The notes under the pieces were generated by a model. It had not been told where the DNA came from and searched no databases. It worked only from the letters and a program-made list of their open reading frames with translations. Positions 25,314 through 39,486 of a DNA stretch of 64,000 nucleotides are shown here, piece after piece. A program made the position numbers and the translations under genes. The stretch lies in assembly GCF_004010195.1 (NCBI RefSeq), contig NC_057719.1, positions 11,222,507 to 11,286,506 of the forward strand, read 5' to 3'. Within the stretch, counting starts at the first letter, position 1; each line of letters opens with the position of its first letter. Origin of the DNA: Chiloscyllium plagiosum (Eukaryota).

Positions 25314-25630
25314 GGGCGGCATGGTGGCACAGTGGTTAGCACTGTTGCCTCACAGCGCCAGAGACCCGGGTTCAATTCCCGCCTCAGGCGACTGACTGTG
25401 TGGAGTTTGCACATTCTCCCCCGTGTCTGCGTGGGTTTCCTCCGGGTGCTCCGGTTTCCTCCCACAGTCCAAAAATGTGCAGGTCAGGTGAATTGGCCAT
25501 GCTAAATTGCCCGTAGTGTTAGGTAAGGGGTAGATGTAGGTGTATGGGTGGGTTGCGCTTCGGCAGGGCTGTGTGGACTTGTTGGGCCGAAGGGCATGTT
25601 TCCACACTGTAAGTAATCTATCTAATCTAA
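25314..25630 (+). mobile_element. HE1-like V-SINE, young copy
   Basis: CpG-retaining complete copy, nearly identical to 51569-51912. Confidence 0.95.
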
Positions 25631-27299
25631 AAACTGCAATAAATTTAAAACTGAGATAAGAAGGAATTTCTTCTCTCAGACGATTATAAGTCTTTGAAAT
25701 TCCTTACTACCGAGGACTATGTGGGTAGATTGTGCATACTTAAGGCTGAAATAGATAGGAAAGTGGTTGTGAGGAGTGTTGGATCAGCCATGATCCTATT
25801 GAAGGCTGAGCAGGCACAAGGGGCTGAATGGCCTACACCTGTTCCTATTTCTTGTGGTCTGAAGGATGGAAGCAGTGAATGTTTATATAGTTTAACATCA
25901 TATGGAGTGGAGACGACCTCAGACAGAGGGCACTGGAAAAGCTGTGTCCTGATAAGATTTGTGGATGAAGGTTTCGATGGCATTGGTGGTCTAAGGTTCT
26001 CGGACTTGATGTTAACTCTGAGGCAAATACCTTTTCTTGAGATTGGTGGAGTTTTCTCACTCTCTCTTCGCACTCACACACGCATGCACAAAAGAATCTG
26101 AACAACAAGCATGCAAAGAAATAAACAGATGACTCATGTTTATTCTTGATAAAGAAGGTGGCCTTCATCAATTATTTCATTCTTGTCTCTTCCTATAAAT
26201 TGTAAAGCAAAGCTTAACATTTTTATAAGGCTCCAGCCTCCCATAGTCATGACTTAAAAAGGAACAGTTTTTCAACTTCCTAACTAATCAGTTGAGCATT
26301 GTTTTGTCGGTTTGTCACATACTCTTGCCGGGGAAATCACTGACCCACTGACAAAGGACTTTTTATTGACAAAGCTTTTATTCTCGTGCCAGAGTTACTG
26401 AGTGCCAACATGATGTGCATGTGACCACCGATTCCCAACAGGTGTATTCTGCTGCAGGGTGCAATGGGGCAAGTGCTCAAGTCCAGAATGATGCCATAGC
26501 AATAGTAGGATCAGCAACTTTGGTTATTTGGCTTTTTCTACTTTTGACCTTTGCTGAATTGAAAACATTCAATAGGAGGATAATGCACTGGATGGTCTGC
26601 ATAGAATTTAACAAAGTTTCTGATGATGCGACCTTCCATACCAGTGCTTCCGAAAATTCTTCCTCTTTCCTCAACCGAGGATTCTCTGCCAGGATGGTTG
26701 TTAGAACCCTCCCCCAATATGTTCGACTGTGATGAACGCCTCTAATTGCATATAGTTCTTGTACTTAGCATCCTTGCACATTCTTTCCTTTCAGGTAATA
26801 ATCCAATTCCCTCTTCAGAGCCTGATTGACTCTGCCTCTGCCACTGCTTCTCGCAGGCAGTGCATTCCAGACTGGGAGAAAAAGTTTCTCTCCATTGGCT
26901 CACTTGCAATCCTCTTAAAACTGTACCCCTTGATTCTCAATCCTTCCACCAATGAGAACAGGTATTTCCCTATCTGCTCTGCTCAGGTCCCTCAGACAGT
27001 AGGGAGGTAATGCTGAATTGGTAAAAGACACCTGTTAGACCTCAGCGGAGCACTGTGTATACCTCTGGCTGCCGTATTTCCAGAAGCACGTGAATGCCTT
27101 GGAGAGAGCACAGAAACAAATTACAAGAATGAATCCAGAGATGAGAAAATACATTTATGAGGACAGATCCGAGGGTTTGGGATTGTTCTCTTTGTAGAGA
27201 AGTGGGCTATGAGGAGATCTCACATAGGTTTTAAAAATCATGAGCAGACTGGAGAGAGTGGATTGGGTGAAATTGTTCCTACTCATAAAGGAACACGAA

Positions 27300-28537
27300 G
27301 GTGAGTTTTTTGAAGAAGTAACAAAGAGGATTGATGAGGGCAGAGCAGTAGATGTGATCTATATGGACTTCAGTAAGGCGTTCGACAAAGTTTCCCATGG
27401 AAGACTGATTAGCAAGATTAGATCTCATGCAATACAGGGAGAACAGCCATTTGGATACAGAACTGGCTCAAAGGTAAAAGACAGAAGATGGTGGTGGAGG
27501 GTTGTCTTTCAGACTGGAGGCCTGTGACCAGTGGAGTGCCACAAAGATCAGTGCTGGGTCCTCTACTTTTTGTCATTTACATAAATGATTTGGATGCGAG
27601 CATAAGAGGTACAGTTAGCAAGTTTGCAGATTACACCAAAACTGCAGGTGTAGTGGACAGCGAAGAAGGTTACCTCAGATTACAACAGGATCTGGAGCAG
27701 ATGACCCAATGGGCTGAGAAGTGACAGATGGAGTTTAATTCAGATAAATGCGAGGTGCTGCATTTTGGGAAAGCAAATCTTAGCAGGACTTATACACTTA
27801 ATGGTAACGTCCTAGGGAGTGTTGCTGAACAAAGAGACCTTGCAGTGCAGGTTCATAGCTCCTTGAAAGTGGAGTCGCAGGTAGATAGGATAGTGAAGAA
27901 GGCGTTTCATATGCTTTCCTTTATTGGTCAGAGTATTGAGTACAGGAGTTGAGAGGACATGTTGTGGCTGTACAGGACATTCGTTAGGCCACTGTTGGAA
28001 AATTGCTTGGTCTCCTTCCTATCGGAAAGATGTTGTGAAACATTGAAAGGGTTCAGAAAAGATTTACAAGGATGTTGCCAAGTTTGGAGGATTTGAGCTA
28101 CAGGGAGGGGCTGAACAGGCTGGGACTGTTTTCCCTGAAGCGTCGGAGGCTGAGGGGTGACCTTATAGACGTTTACAAAATTATGAGGGGCATGGATAGG
28201 ATAAATAGACAAAGTCTTCTCCCTGGTGTCGGGGAGTCCAAAACTAGAGGGCATAGGTTTAGGGTGAGAGGGGAAAGATATAAAAGGGACTAAGGGGCAA
28301 CTTTTTCACGCAGAGGGTGGTATGTGTATGCAATGAGCTGCCAGAGGATGTGGTGGAGGCTGGTACAATTGCAACATTTAAGAGCCATTTGGATGGGTAT
28401 ATGAATAGGAAGGGTTTGGAAGGATATGGGCCGGGTGCTGGCAGGTGGGACTAGATTGGGTTGAGATACCTGGTCAGCATGGACGAGTTGGACCGAAGGG
28501 TTTGTTCCATGCTGTACATCTCTATGACTCTCTGACT
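27300..28537 (+). mobile_element. CR1 (HER1-like) LINE, 5'-truncated, nested in older CR1 3' fragments (about 27010-28990)
   Basis: ORF fragments 27240-28293 (VDVIYMDFSKAFDK, SVLGPLLFVIYINDLD, RRRLRGDLI) and a gactct tail. Confidence 0.95.
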
Positions 28538-31164
28538 CATAGATTGAAGGTGATTTACCAAAGCAGCAAGGGTGTTCCTTGGGCTATCAAACCCTGCCAC
28601 ATCAGGAGCAGGCTGAACAGAGTAGATGTGCAGAAGCTGTTTCCCCTCATAAAACAAAAAAGAATAAGATTAAAGCATAGATTTAAAGTAATATGCAGAA
28701 CAAGGAAAGTTGGTGCAAGATAATTTTTTTATTGAGTGAGTATTTAGCAAATGGCCTGGAAGTGTGGTGGACACAGGTTCGATTGAAGTATGCAAGAGGG
28801 CATTGAGTGGTTATTTGAACAAAAAATACTGTGCAAGGGTAAGTGGCAAATGTAGGAGATTGGCCGCAGATAATTATATCCATTTGATGTGCCGGTGCCT
28901 CTGCACCATAAGACTTCTGAGTTACTGTAGCTCTTTGTCAACCAGCATGGACATGATAGGCAGAATAGCTTCCTTCAACGTCATGAAGTTGCCATGATTG
29001 TATGAGATATTTGTTATTCAGATCCCATTCACCGGCATATAGGGGCTAGTAATTGGATTATTCCACATCTGCCTTGCCCAGGAATTGGATCATCAAGATC
29101 ATCAGAGAGCTGACCTATTTCTAGGCCTTTGTCATCAGTCAAATCATTTTAGTATCAATTTGACACTCAACGTAGTGCTATTAACACGTCCATTTGAGAA
29201 GTAGAAATAATTGATGTCCTGATTGTCAACACAATAGGACTGATTCCTTTCTTCTTCAAACTTATCTGCCTGGACTTCAAAGGACAGTCGTAATATAACT
29301 GAACGCCATCACATTTTAGGTATTTCTACACTTTGCACTCACTAATCCCAGTGAGTTAACCAAGTGACTTCCACTGGGGCATTTATCACAAAACTATTCA
29401 GCAAGGGTTTAGTTCAAAAGTTACTGAAAGGAACTCTGATGATCCGAGACTTTCTTGTTGCTTTAAAACTCTTTCATACAAGTCAATACTCCATTTTTAC
29501 ATAATATTCTATGTGTAATTTTAATTTGGAGCTAAATTTGAATGTTAGTTTTAGCCTGAATGTCAATGACTGGCAATGGAATATTTCCAGCATTTTCATA
29601 CAAGTAATTGTGATATTCAATACCATTCACATTGTGCGGAAGGTTTCAAGTATTTTCAAATAGGAGACCAGGATATCTAATGGAGACTATCATTTTGCTG
29701 TGAGAAAGTCAGGATATAATTCAAAATGAAGTCAGAGATGCCAGCAACCCTGGATCATAACAGCAATAATCCTGTTTTCCTACATAAAGCAATGAGTGAG
29801 ATATGCTATATTTGTACTGAACCTAGCTGCATTAAAGAGAACTTTTGCCATCAAAGTGGGCTCAAAACCCATTTAAAGACAATGTCTTATCATTAGGGCA
29901 TATTTTAAAGAACAGATATACCACTGAGAATCTTGTTAATAAGGGAATTCCACCTCCAGACCATTTCTCAGATTAAATCATTATATTTAATGTGCATTTC
30001 TGTTATTCAATTTTTGTTGAGTTTTTTTTTAAATAGGAGACTCCATTTGCATGAAAGGGATTTACTCATGAACTAATGGCATAAATTGTGTCAAAGAACA
30101 AAAAAGACTGACTAAAAGCTCTTCAATCACACTAAACAGAAAAAAACATGTATTGGCTTTAAAGAAAAAAGTTAAAGTTGAATATATTTGCATTTAAAAT
30201 GTGGTGTTGAGGGACCCCATCTTTAAGCAGTTACTTTGACTGAATGTAGGTGCAAATTAGCACTTTGCTCATTACCCAATATACATCAATTACTGTTGCC
30301 ATTTCAACTGTGCATTCTATTATTCCAAAGCTATTTGGAGCCTTAATAACTTAGCATTGAATGATCAATAAAAAAACAACTAGATTGATTACTGCTTTAA
30401 ACATGGTTACTTCAAAACAGCATGTCACCTTCACTTACAAACTCCATCTTACAGCCAGGTTGGATTTCTCTGGATTATTCAGTTTCTTTATTAGAATAGG
30501 GTTGAATTGTGTAATGCAACAGAACAAATTGGTTATACGCAAGGTGAAGGATTATTATACCTGATTCAGCTTAGTAAATCAAAGTCTTTAATACAGACAG
30601 AAAATGCCAAGGTGGCTCACAGGAACGTTATCAAACTGAAGTTTAACAGAGGAACACAGGACCTCGGAGCAGGTTTAGGCCCTTTGAGCTTGCCCCACCA
30701 TTCAATAAAACCAATTACGTTGATGTGGTTGTGGTTTCAACCCCATTTGTTAGGGTTCCGTCCCATCCCCAATATTTCGACTCCTTTGTATGTCAAAAAT
30801 CTATCCAACGCGGTCTTGAATAAATTCAATGACCTTACCTCAACTACTTTCGAGGGAAGAGTTTTCCACAGATGAACAGACTGACAACCCTGCACCATGA
30901 GCCATGCAATTACCCGTTCAAGAAGGAAGGTTTTAAGGAGTGTCTTAACAAATGAGAGAAGTACAGAGGTGAAGAGGTTTAAGAAAAAAACTACAGAGTT
31001 TACAGCCAAGACAGGTGAGCGAACAGAGATCAACGGTGGAACATGGGGAGTCAAGAATGCACAAGAGTTCAGAATTGAAGAAATGCAGATTTAGTCTTTT
31101 AGTAGAACTGAACTTGAGTACGGCTGAAAAAAGGACATGTTCTATCGAGCTTAGATGATTGATC

Positions 31165-33140
31165 AGAGTAGGGCAGTGAACTGTTGTCCACATGGATTTT
31201 ACAAAAGCATTTGACAAGATCCCTCTTGATAGGTTGATCCAGAAGATTAAGTCGCACGCGAGTTCGTAGGTTGGATATAAAATTGGCTTGGTTATCGAAA
31301 ATGAAGGGTGTTTGTAGAGGGGTCTTTTTTGCGACTGGAGGTTTGTGACCAGTGGCGTTCACAAGGATCACTCCTGGGGCCTCTATTGTCTGTAATATAT
31401 ATGAATGATGTGGATGAAAATCTAGGCAGTCTGATTGGTAAATTTACAGACAACACAAATACTGGAGGAGTTGCGGATATTGAGGAAGGTTATCGAAGGA
31501 TACAGTGGGATATAGATCAACTGGAAATCTGGACAGAGAAATAGCAGGTGGATTTTAATCCAGACAAGTTTGATGCATTTCCAGGAGCTAAATGCAGGAA
31601 ACAGCCAAACCCTTAGCAGCAATGATATGCAGAGAGATCTTGAGGTCCACAGCTCCCTAAAAGTGGCAACACAGGTGCATAAAATGGCAAAGAAAGCATA
31701 CAGCATACTCAGAGTCATAGAGTCATAGAGATGTACAGCATGGAAACAGGCCCTTCGGTCCAACCCATCCATGCCGACCAAATATCCCAACCCAATCTAG
31801 TCCCACCTGCCAGCATCCAGCCCATATCCCTCCAAACCCTTCCTATTCATATACCCATCCAAATGGCTCTTAAATGTTGCAATTGTAACAGCCTCCACCA
31901 CATCCTCTGGCAGCTCATTTCATATTTGTTCCACCCTCTGCGTGAAAAAGTTGCCCCTTAGGTCTCTTTTATATCTTTCCCCTCTCACCCTAAACCTAAG
32001 CCCTCTAGTTCTGGACTCCCCGATCCCAGGGAAAAGACTTTGCCTATTTATCCTATCCATGCCCCTCATAATTTTGTAAACGTCTATAAGGTCACCCCTC
32101 AGCCTCTGACGCTCCAGGGAAAACAGCCCCAGCCTGTTCAGCCTCTCCCTGTAGCTCAGATCCTCCAACCCTGGCAACATCCTTGTAAATCTTCACTCCC
32201 TAGGACCTTACCATTAAGTGTATAAGTCCTGCTAAGATTTGCTTTCCCAAAATGCAGCACCTCACATTTATCTGAATTAAACTCCATCTGCCACTTCTCA
32301 GCCCATTGGCCCATCTGGTCCAGATCCTGTTGTAATCTGAGGTAACCTTCTTCGCTGTCCACTACACCTCCAATTTTGGTGTCATCTGCAAACTTACTAA
32401 CTGTACCTCTTATGCTCGCATCCAAGTCATTTATGTAAATGACAAAATGTAGAAGGCCCAGCACCGATCCTTGTGGCAGTTCACTGGTCACAGGCCTCCA
32501 GTCTGAAAAACAACCCTCCACCACCACCATTGGTCAGGGCATTGAGTGCGAAAGTTGGCAAGTCACGTTGTAGCTGCATAAAACTTAGATGGGCAACATT
32601 TGGAGTATTGTGTGTTGTTCTGGCCAGGAAGTATCAGAGGCTTTTGAGAGGGTGCTAAAGGGCTTTCTCAGGATGTTGCCTGGTTTGGAGTGTATTAGCT
32701 AAACGATAGACTGGACAAACTTGGATTGTTTTTGCTAGAGCGTCAGAAGCTGAGGGGCAACCTAATAGAACTATATAAAATAATGAGAGGCGTGGCTAGG
32801 ATGGATAGTCAGAATCTTTCTCCCAAGGTGGAAATATCAAATACTAGGGGAACATAGGTTTAAGGTGAGAGAGAGAAAAAGTTTAAAGGAAATGTGCAAG
32901 AAAATGTTTTTTGCACAGAGGGTGGTGGGTGCCTGGAATCGTACTGCCAGGGAACATGATATACACAGGTACATTAGCAAAGCTTAAGAGGCATTTAGAC
33001 AGACACATAAACAGGCAGGGAATAGAGGGATGCTGACCATGTACAGACAGATGGGACTAGTTTATAATGGCATCACGGTTGGCACAGACATGGTGGGCCG
33101 AACAGCCTGATCCTATGCTGTACTGTTCTGCGTCCTATGG
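31165..33140 (+). mobile_element. Older CR1 LINE split by an antisense younger CR1
   Basis: QGSLLGPLLSVIYMNDVD (31308-31544); resumes after 32530; tail near 33130. Confidence 0.85.
31711..32530 (-). mobile_element. Young CR1 (HER1-like), 5'-truncated
   Basis: ORFs 32156-32530 (SKFADDTKIGG) and 31920-32180; (agagtcat)n tail at 31711. Confidence 0.95.
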
Positions 33141-34474
33141 TCTGTACTACCAAACAACTATTTGTTCACCCAAGAGGGAAGGCCTTGTGGGACAGTGGTG
33201 GTGCCCCTACCATTGGACCAGAATGTCTAGATTCAATTCCCATTTGACCCATATGTGTCATAGCATGTCTGAATAGGTGACACTAAAATAATTACCTGAG
33301 ACAGAGGAACAACAGAGACCAAATTCAGAAAATTAACAACATAGTTCAACTTACGGACAAATTAAGAACAGGTAGTATCTTTAAGAATGTATTAAATCCA
33401 AGGTCATGCCAGTTTTCATTTCCAAACATATTCATAATGTTAAAGTGAGATACAGTTACAAGACTAAATGGGCATTTTTTGAGAGATGAGATTGGACAGA
33501 TTGGTAATAGGGTCAATAATTTACTCTGTGCCCAACTCTAGGCTTTGTCTGACGTGCGCAAATTTCTTTCAATTCGCAATTTGATCTGCTAATTGCTTCA
33601 ATAGATGTCCAGATTATAAATATTACCTGTTTAAAACGTGCAGAAACCATAAACTAACTGAAGCAAAAGTGGTTTGGCAACATACTTGTTGATGTTACTA
33701 AACATGTGGTAAATCTCTCTGATTGTGTTCTATTGAAACAAGAGGTTTGGCCTTGCAAATGGTTTCAATGTCGGTGTGTCTCCATCCCATAAGAAAATGG
33801 GAAGAGGTATTTGCTGAGGTCAAACTCCTCTACTCACAGCTATCCCTTTACAAACTAGTGTCCACTAAAGACTGTAAAGCCTTGAGGGTGTGCCAAGCTG
33901 AACTATTAAATGCATATTGCATGATTCCAAATAACTTTACACTGATTTTTACTTTGATTTTTACATGCAACATGATTGTCTGAAGTATCACAAGGTCTCA
34001 AGGCTGACTGAGACGTACATAACAATAAATCTGAGAAAGGGACTGGAAGAGTCAATCTCAGCAAACATGATGATATGAACAAAATGCATGACATTCTTAA
34101 TGACACACCCAAATTTGTATCCATTGAATCTGCTGCTCAGTATGACCAGGCAGCATTACTTAAATAAAAACTAAAAAAAATTTGCTGGACTTTGTAAGAG
34201 AAATTAGTTGCAAGATAATATATTTATGATGGGGTTCATCCTCATGGCTCACTGCGTCCGCATCTATATAGGCTGCCCAAGGTACACAAAAGTGATGTCC
34301 CTTTAATCCCTACCTTATCTATGACCCATTCTGCACAGCATGAACTGGCTAAATGTTTGGGTGATTTGCTCCAACCAGTTTTGAGCAAGATGTCCACTTA
34401 CACAGTGAAGGATTCCTTCACCTTGAAGACGTATGCACTTTAATAGGAAGAGTAGAGGCACGGACTATTTTCTA

Positions 34475-34592
34475 TAGAGAAGGGGCAGTGCTCTCAAAGC
34501 TTGTAATTTCAAATAAACCTGTTGGACTTTAACCTGGTGTCGTGTGACTTCTGACTTTGTCCACCCCAGTCCAACACCAGCACCTCCACATC
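34475..34592 (+). mobile_element. PLE-derived short element (family B), single arm
   Basis: gaaggggcagtgctctcaaagcttg...aaataaacctgttggactttaacctggtgtcgtgtg...ccccagtccaacacc. Confidence 0.8.
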
Positions 34593-34984
34593 AGGATTAA
34601 GGTTAACATACAGGTTCAGTTCACAGTTTTTTATTCACTCATGGGATACAGGCGAAGTTGGCTAGGCCAGCATTTATTGCCCATCACTAATTTCCCAGAG
34701 GGAATGTAAGAGGCAACCACACTGCTGTGGATCTAGAGTCGCATATAGGTCAGACCAGGTCAGGTAGTTTCCTTTCCTGAAGGATATCAGTAAACCAGGT
34801 CGGTTTTTCAGCCAATCGACAATGGATCCATGGTCATCATCAGACTCTTAATTTCAGATATTTATTGAATTCACATTCCACCAATTGCAATGGCAGTTTC
34901 AAACCCAGGTCTCCAGAACATTGCCTGGATTTCTGGATTAACAGTCTAGCGATAATACCACTAGGCCATTGCCTCCCACCTAAT

Positions 34985-36590
34985 AGGAAGTTAGAAAGGC
35001 AAATGCAATTTCATGAGTGCTAGAATACAAGAGTGGGAGGGCTAGAAAACAGGATGTATTGCTGAGGCAATCTAAGGATCTGGTCAGACTGCAATTGGAA
35101 TATGGAGAGTAGTTTGGACCAGAATCTTAGGAAAATGAGGTGGCACTGGAGGCTGTTTAGAGGAGGTGAACAAGTCTGATCCTGGTGCTGTCATATAAGG
35201 AGTGGTTGAGGACCTTGGGTTCAGAAGAATGAGGGGGAATCTCATTGAAACTTACCTTGTTACTGAGAGGCCTGGATAGAGTGGACTTGGAAAAGATGTT
35301 TCCATTAGTAGGTGAGACTAACACCCGAAGGCACAGTCTTAGAGTGAAGGGACAACCCTTTAGAAAGGAGAAGAGGAAAACTTTCTTCAGCCAAAGGCTG
35401 GTAGAACTCATTGCTTCAGAAGACTGTGGAGGTCAACTCACTGAGTGCATTTAAAACAGAAATAGATAGATTCTTGATAGTAAGGAGATCAAGAGTTACA
35501 GGAAGAAGATGGGTCAATGGGGTTGAGAAACATATTAGCCATGAAGCAATGGTAGAGAAGACTCAATGGGCCAAATGGTCTAATCCTACTTCCAATATCT
35601 TATGGTATTATACTGTCATACATGACTTGCATATCAATAGAAATGCAGCATTCATGTGCTCATTTGATACTGCTGGCTTTTTCATCAATCTACCAGTCGT
35701 AGAAATCACAGACCTCTGCAATGCAGAATTATATCATGACGATTTAGACCCATTCTACATTCCCTCTAACGCAAGTGGGAAAAAAGCTGGCAAATCGAAT
35801 ATAACATGGGAAAATGTGAAGTTGCTCATTTTGGAAGGGAGAAAATGAACAGAGTACAATTTAAATGGAGAAAACTGCAGAAAGCTGCAACATAAAGGAA
35901 TTTATAGCTACTTGTCATGAAACACAGAAAGCTAGCACACAGATACAGCTGGTAATCAGGGAAGGCTAATGGAATATTGGCTGTTATTTCAAGGTGGGGA
36001 ATGTATAAGAGTAGGGAAGTATTACTGCAACTCTGTTAGATGCTACTGAGAGCATATCTGGAGTACCGAGTGTAGTTTTGGTCCCCTTAAGAAAACATAT
36101 CATTTAATCGGAGGCAGTTCCGAGAAGTTCACTAGGATTATCCCCAGTAAGAGGAACTTTCTGATGACCAAAAGCTAAATAGGTTGGACTCTACTCATTG
36201 GAATTTATAAGAATGGGAGGTGATCTCATTGAAACATAAAGGATTCTTAATGGGCATGATAGGGTAAATACTGTGAGGATGTTTCCCCTCATGGGGGTGT
36301 CTAGTCTCAAAAGAAAGAGGTACCAATTTAAGACTGAGATGAGGAGGAATTTCTTCTTTCAAAAGGTTGCGAATCTTTGGAACTCCTTGCCAAGAGAGAT
36401 GTGGGGCAGAGACCTTGTGTATATACAAGGTCGAGATAAACAGATTCTTGATCAGTTGAGGAATCAAAGGTTACGGGGAAAGGGCAGGAAAGTGGACGTG
36501 AGGAGTGTCAGATCAGCCATGATCCTATTGAATGGTGGAGTACGGTCAGAGCTGAATGGCCTATTCCTGTTCCTATTTGTTATGGTCCTG
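34985..36590 (+). mobile_element. Two CR1 3' fragments (about 34985-35610 and 35790-36590)
   Basis: LRGLDRVDLEKMFPLVG; FKTEMRRNFFFQKVANLWNSLP. Confidence 0.85.
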
Positions 36591-37412
36591 CCACAGACCT
36601 CTGAGGTCCACACCCAGCAACAACTATGGAACTGGTAGTCAACATGTCTGGACCCTGATCAATGTGCACAGACCCTCTGAGTGACTGCACAGTAGAGGGA
36701 ACAGTGAATACTGATCCACGTAATTGTGGCATTGAACTTATGAACTCAACAACCCATACAGATGAAGTCAGTTTCAACAGTGCCATGCATGCTCAAATAA
36801 ATGGTGTTGTCAAAGGATTCTCACTAGGCCTCTTTCTCACAAATACCTTTGCTGGGTTCTATTTGAAATGTACCTGCAATGAACACCTCTTGCATAGTTC
36901 CAGTATGGAGATGGTATGTTTGCAATATTTGAAGCTACAACTGCATTTAAGAAGTTCCTTATGTCTTACTATGTCCTGCAGCTAAACCCATATTAGAAGT
37001 GAAACAGTTGAAAAAGCTCCATTTCCTCAATGTCCGAGTTGAGAAATTAGTGAGGTGTTTCTCTACCGTAGTCTACAGTAAAACCACTTTCACTGGCAGT
37101 AATACACACTGGAGTTCCTGCAGTTCCATATTCTAGAGGATTGGTCTAATTAGAAACCTTGTAAATAGAGGCCAAACTATTTGTTCAACATGCAAACTAG
37201 ATGTCCCAAAGTGATCCTGTGGGAGAGTGTCTATGCTGATTCAAAAACTTCTCACTGTAAATCGCGAAAACTTACTAGTAATCCAAAATTCCAAGCTAAA
37301 GCTCTAGGGCCATGAGTTCAATCCCACCACAGCAGCTTGAGGAATTTAAATTCAATAAATGAATCTGGATTTGAAAGCTCACGTTAGTAAGAGTGACTAT
37401 GAAGGCTACAAT

Positions 37413-37636
37413 TTGGAGGTGCTGGTGTTGGACTGGGGTGTACAAAGTTAAAAATCACACAACACCAAGTTATAGTCCAATAGGTTAATTTGGTAGCACT
37501 AGCTTTCGGAGCACTGCGAATTCTGTGTCTTACGATCTTATAATCCACAACCACTTAATGAAGGAGCAGTGCTCCGAAAGCTAGTGCTTCCAAATAAACC
37601 TATTGGACTATAACCTGGTGTTGTGTGATTTTTAAC
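37413..37636. mobile_element. Fold-back PLE-derived short element (family B)
   Basis: Arms agttaaaaatcacacaacacca...ctagctttcggagcactgc / gcagtgctccgaaagctag...tggtgttgtgtgatttttaact; hammerhead remnant cac-TTAATGA-A-GGAGC agt GCTCC-GAAA-GC-TA-gtg. Confidence 0.88.
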
Positions 37637-38354
37637 TATGATAGCTACCATCAATTGTTTTTGTAAAAACCCATTATGTTTCACTGAGAGCAAATGGAAG
37701 GAAGTCTGATATCTTTGCAGCATGTGACTCCATACCTACAACAATGTAGTTGACTCTTAACTGTTGTCTGAAATGGCTCAGCAAGTCACTCAGTTAAAAG
37801 GCAGTTTGGGATGGGTAACAAGTGCTGGTGTTTCCAGTGTTGCCTACACACGTTAAAGAACAAATCAAACAAACCTCCAATTTTCTCCTGTAAGTGTTTT
37901 TCTAATTTCCACTCAGATGCACTTCACTGTGGTAGCAAATTCTACATTTCTAATAATTTTCGATGCAAAGAATTTTCTCAATTGGAATTGTGTTATATTC
38001 TTTGCTATCCTTAAGTAATTGGAAATATTTTCTCCATATCTACCAAATCAAATCCTTCAATGCTTTTGAGAAGACATCACAAGCTGCTTCTTCCTTTCTA
38101 TCAATAATACCTTTCCACAGAAGGTGTTTGAGGTTAGACATGGAAAAATGTTGGTTAATTCAAAGAGTCTAACAAAACAGGAACACAAAATTAATTTGTA
38201 AGCTTCTGCCTAAATTTTCAGATAAGTATCTCCATCGATTATGGATGCATTAATATACAAAGAAATATTCATCACAAACTGGAAGCTTTAGATTTTAATT
38301 GCTTTGCTATTAATCAGTGATATAAAGGAAGAATCTTCATCAACTCAAGATGAC

Positions 38355-38610
38355 CGCATTACAGCTAAAAAGGTATTTTTGAAGAGTAGTCACTATCCAT
38401 AATGCAATTACTCCAGTGCGGACAATTTCACACTCAGCAACCTGCTACAAACAGCAATGAATTAAATGACCATCTTATTTGTTTTGAGAGTTGATTAACA
38501 GACATATATTGATCAGGACCTCAGGGGCAACACTACTGCTCTGCTACAAAACAGGCCATGGATCTTTTACTTCAAAGAACAGACATGGCCTGGGCTTAGT
38601 GTCTTAAATG
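38355..38610 (-). mobile_element. DeuSINE, degenerate
   Basis: ggccatggatcttttac and flanking sequence match the Deu domain in reverse. Confidence 0.55.
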
Positions 38611-39137
38611 TCAGACATATAAATGCATGAAATACACTGAATGTATAATGCAGCCTTCAGAATTAATAGGATGGGACACAGCAGCAGGTACTTAGAGAAA
38701 ACAGAATACATTGTGTTAGTGTTTAACTGTAGATAAATTGGAAAAAATCTGTAATAAGGAATGCAGAGTTCTGTGCTATACTGTTGGGACAGTACTTCTA
38801 TTTCAAGCTGAAGGCAGGCTGTGTCTTCAAATACCGTTATCCCAGGTGAATAAAGTTGATGATTAGAGCGTCTTTCATTCAGACATCCACACAAAGGTAG
38901 CAAAATTCAAGCAACTTGTGAAGAAGAAATATTATTCAGATGTGTGGCCCCAGAGAGGTAGTGACGAGTTAACAGCTCTATGAAGAGCCCTCACATTCCT
39001 TCATCTATAACAACAACTTGTATTCATGCCTTTAATATTTTGAAGGGCCCTTCACAGAAATGTGATCAAACTAAATTTGACACTGAGTCAAAACAGAAAA
39101 TATATGGGTGATTGACCTGGGTAGTGACAGAAACAGT

Positions 39138-39484
39138 GAATCCCTACACGTTGGAAGCAGGCCATTCGGACTATCGAATCCACATCAACTTTGCAAAGAG
39201 CATCCCACCCACACCCAACCCATCCCTGTAACCCTGCATTTCTCACGGCTAATCCACCTCGCCCACACATCCCTGTACACTATGGGGCAATTTAGCATGG
39301 CCAATCCACTTAACCTGCACATCTTTGGACTGTGGAAGGAAACTGGAGCACCCAGAGGAAACACATGCAGACAAGGGAAAAATGTGCAAACTCCACACAG
39401 ACAATCGGCCAAAAGTGGAATTGAACTCAGGTCCATTAGTGCTATGAGACTACAGCGGTAACCATGGAGCTGCTGTGCCACCCC
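39138..39484 (-). mobile_element. HE1-like V-SINE
   Basis: Reverse V-domain ctgcacatctttggactgtggaaggaaactggagcaccc. Confidence 0.92.
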
Positions 39485-39486
39485 AC

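Larger units (their letters stand above)
33960..37270 (+). mobile_element. Penelope-like (Poseidon-type) reverse transcriptase pseudogene in three pieces (about 33960-34430, 35620-35775, 36725-37270)
   Basis: Collinear PLE RT motifs: NKMHDILND; HGSLRPHLYRLPKVHKSDVPL..LSMTHSAQHELAK..LLQPVL..VKDSF; FMCSFD..FFINLP; SFNSAMHAQINGVVKGFSLG..LTNTFAGF; downstream VYSKTTFTG-like motif. Confidence 0.85.

Noticed and set aside
26415..26732. 105-aa ORF with a hydrophobic stretch
   Set aside because: GTG start, no recognisable homology and no convincing splice sites.
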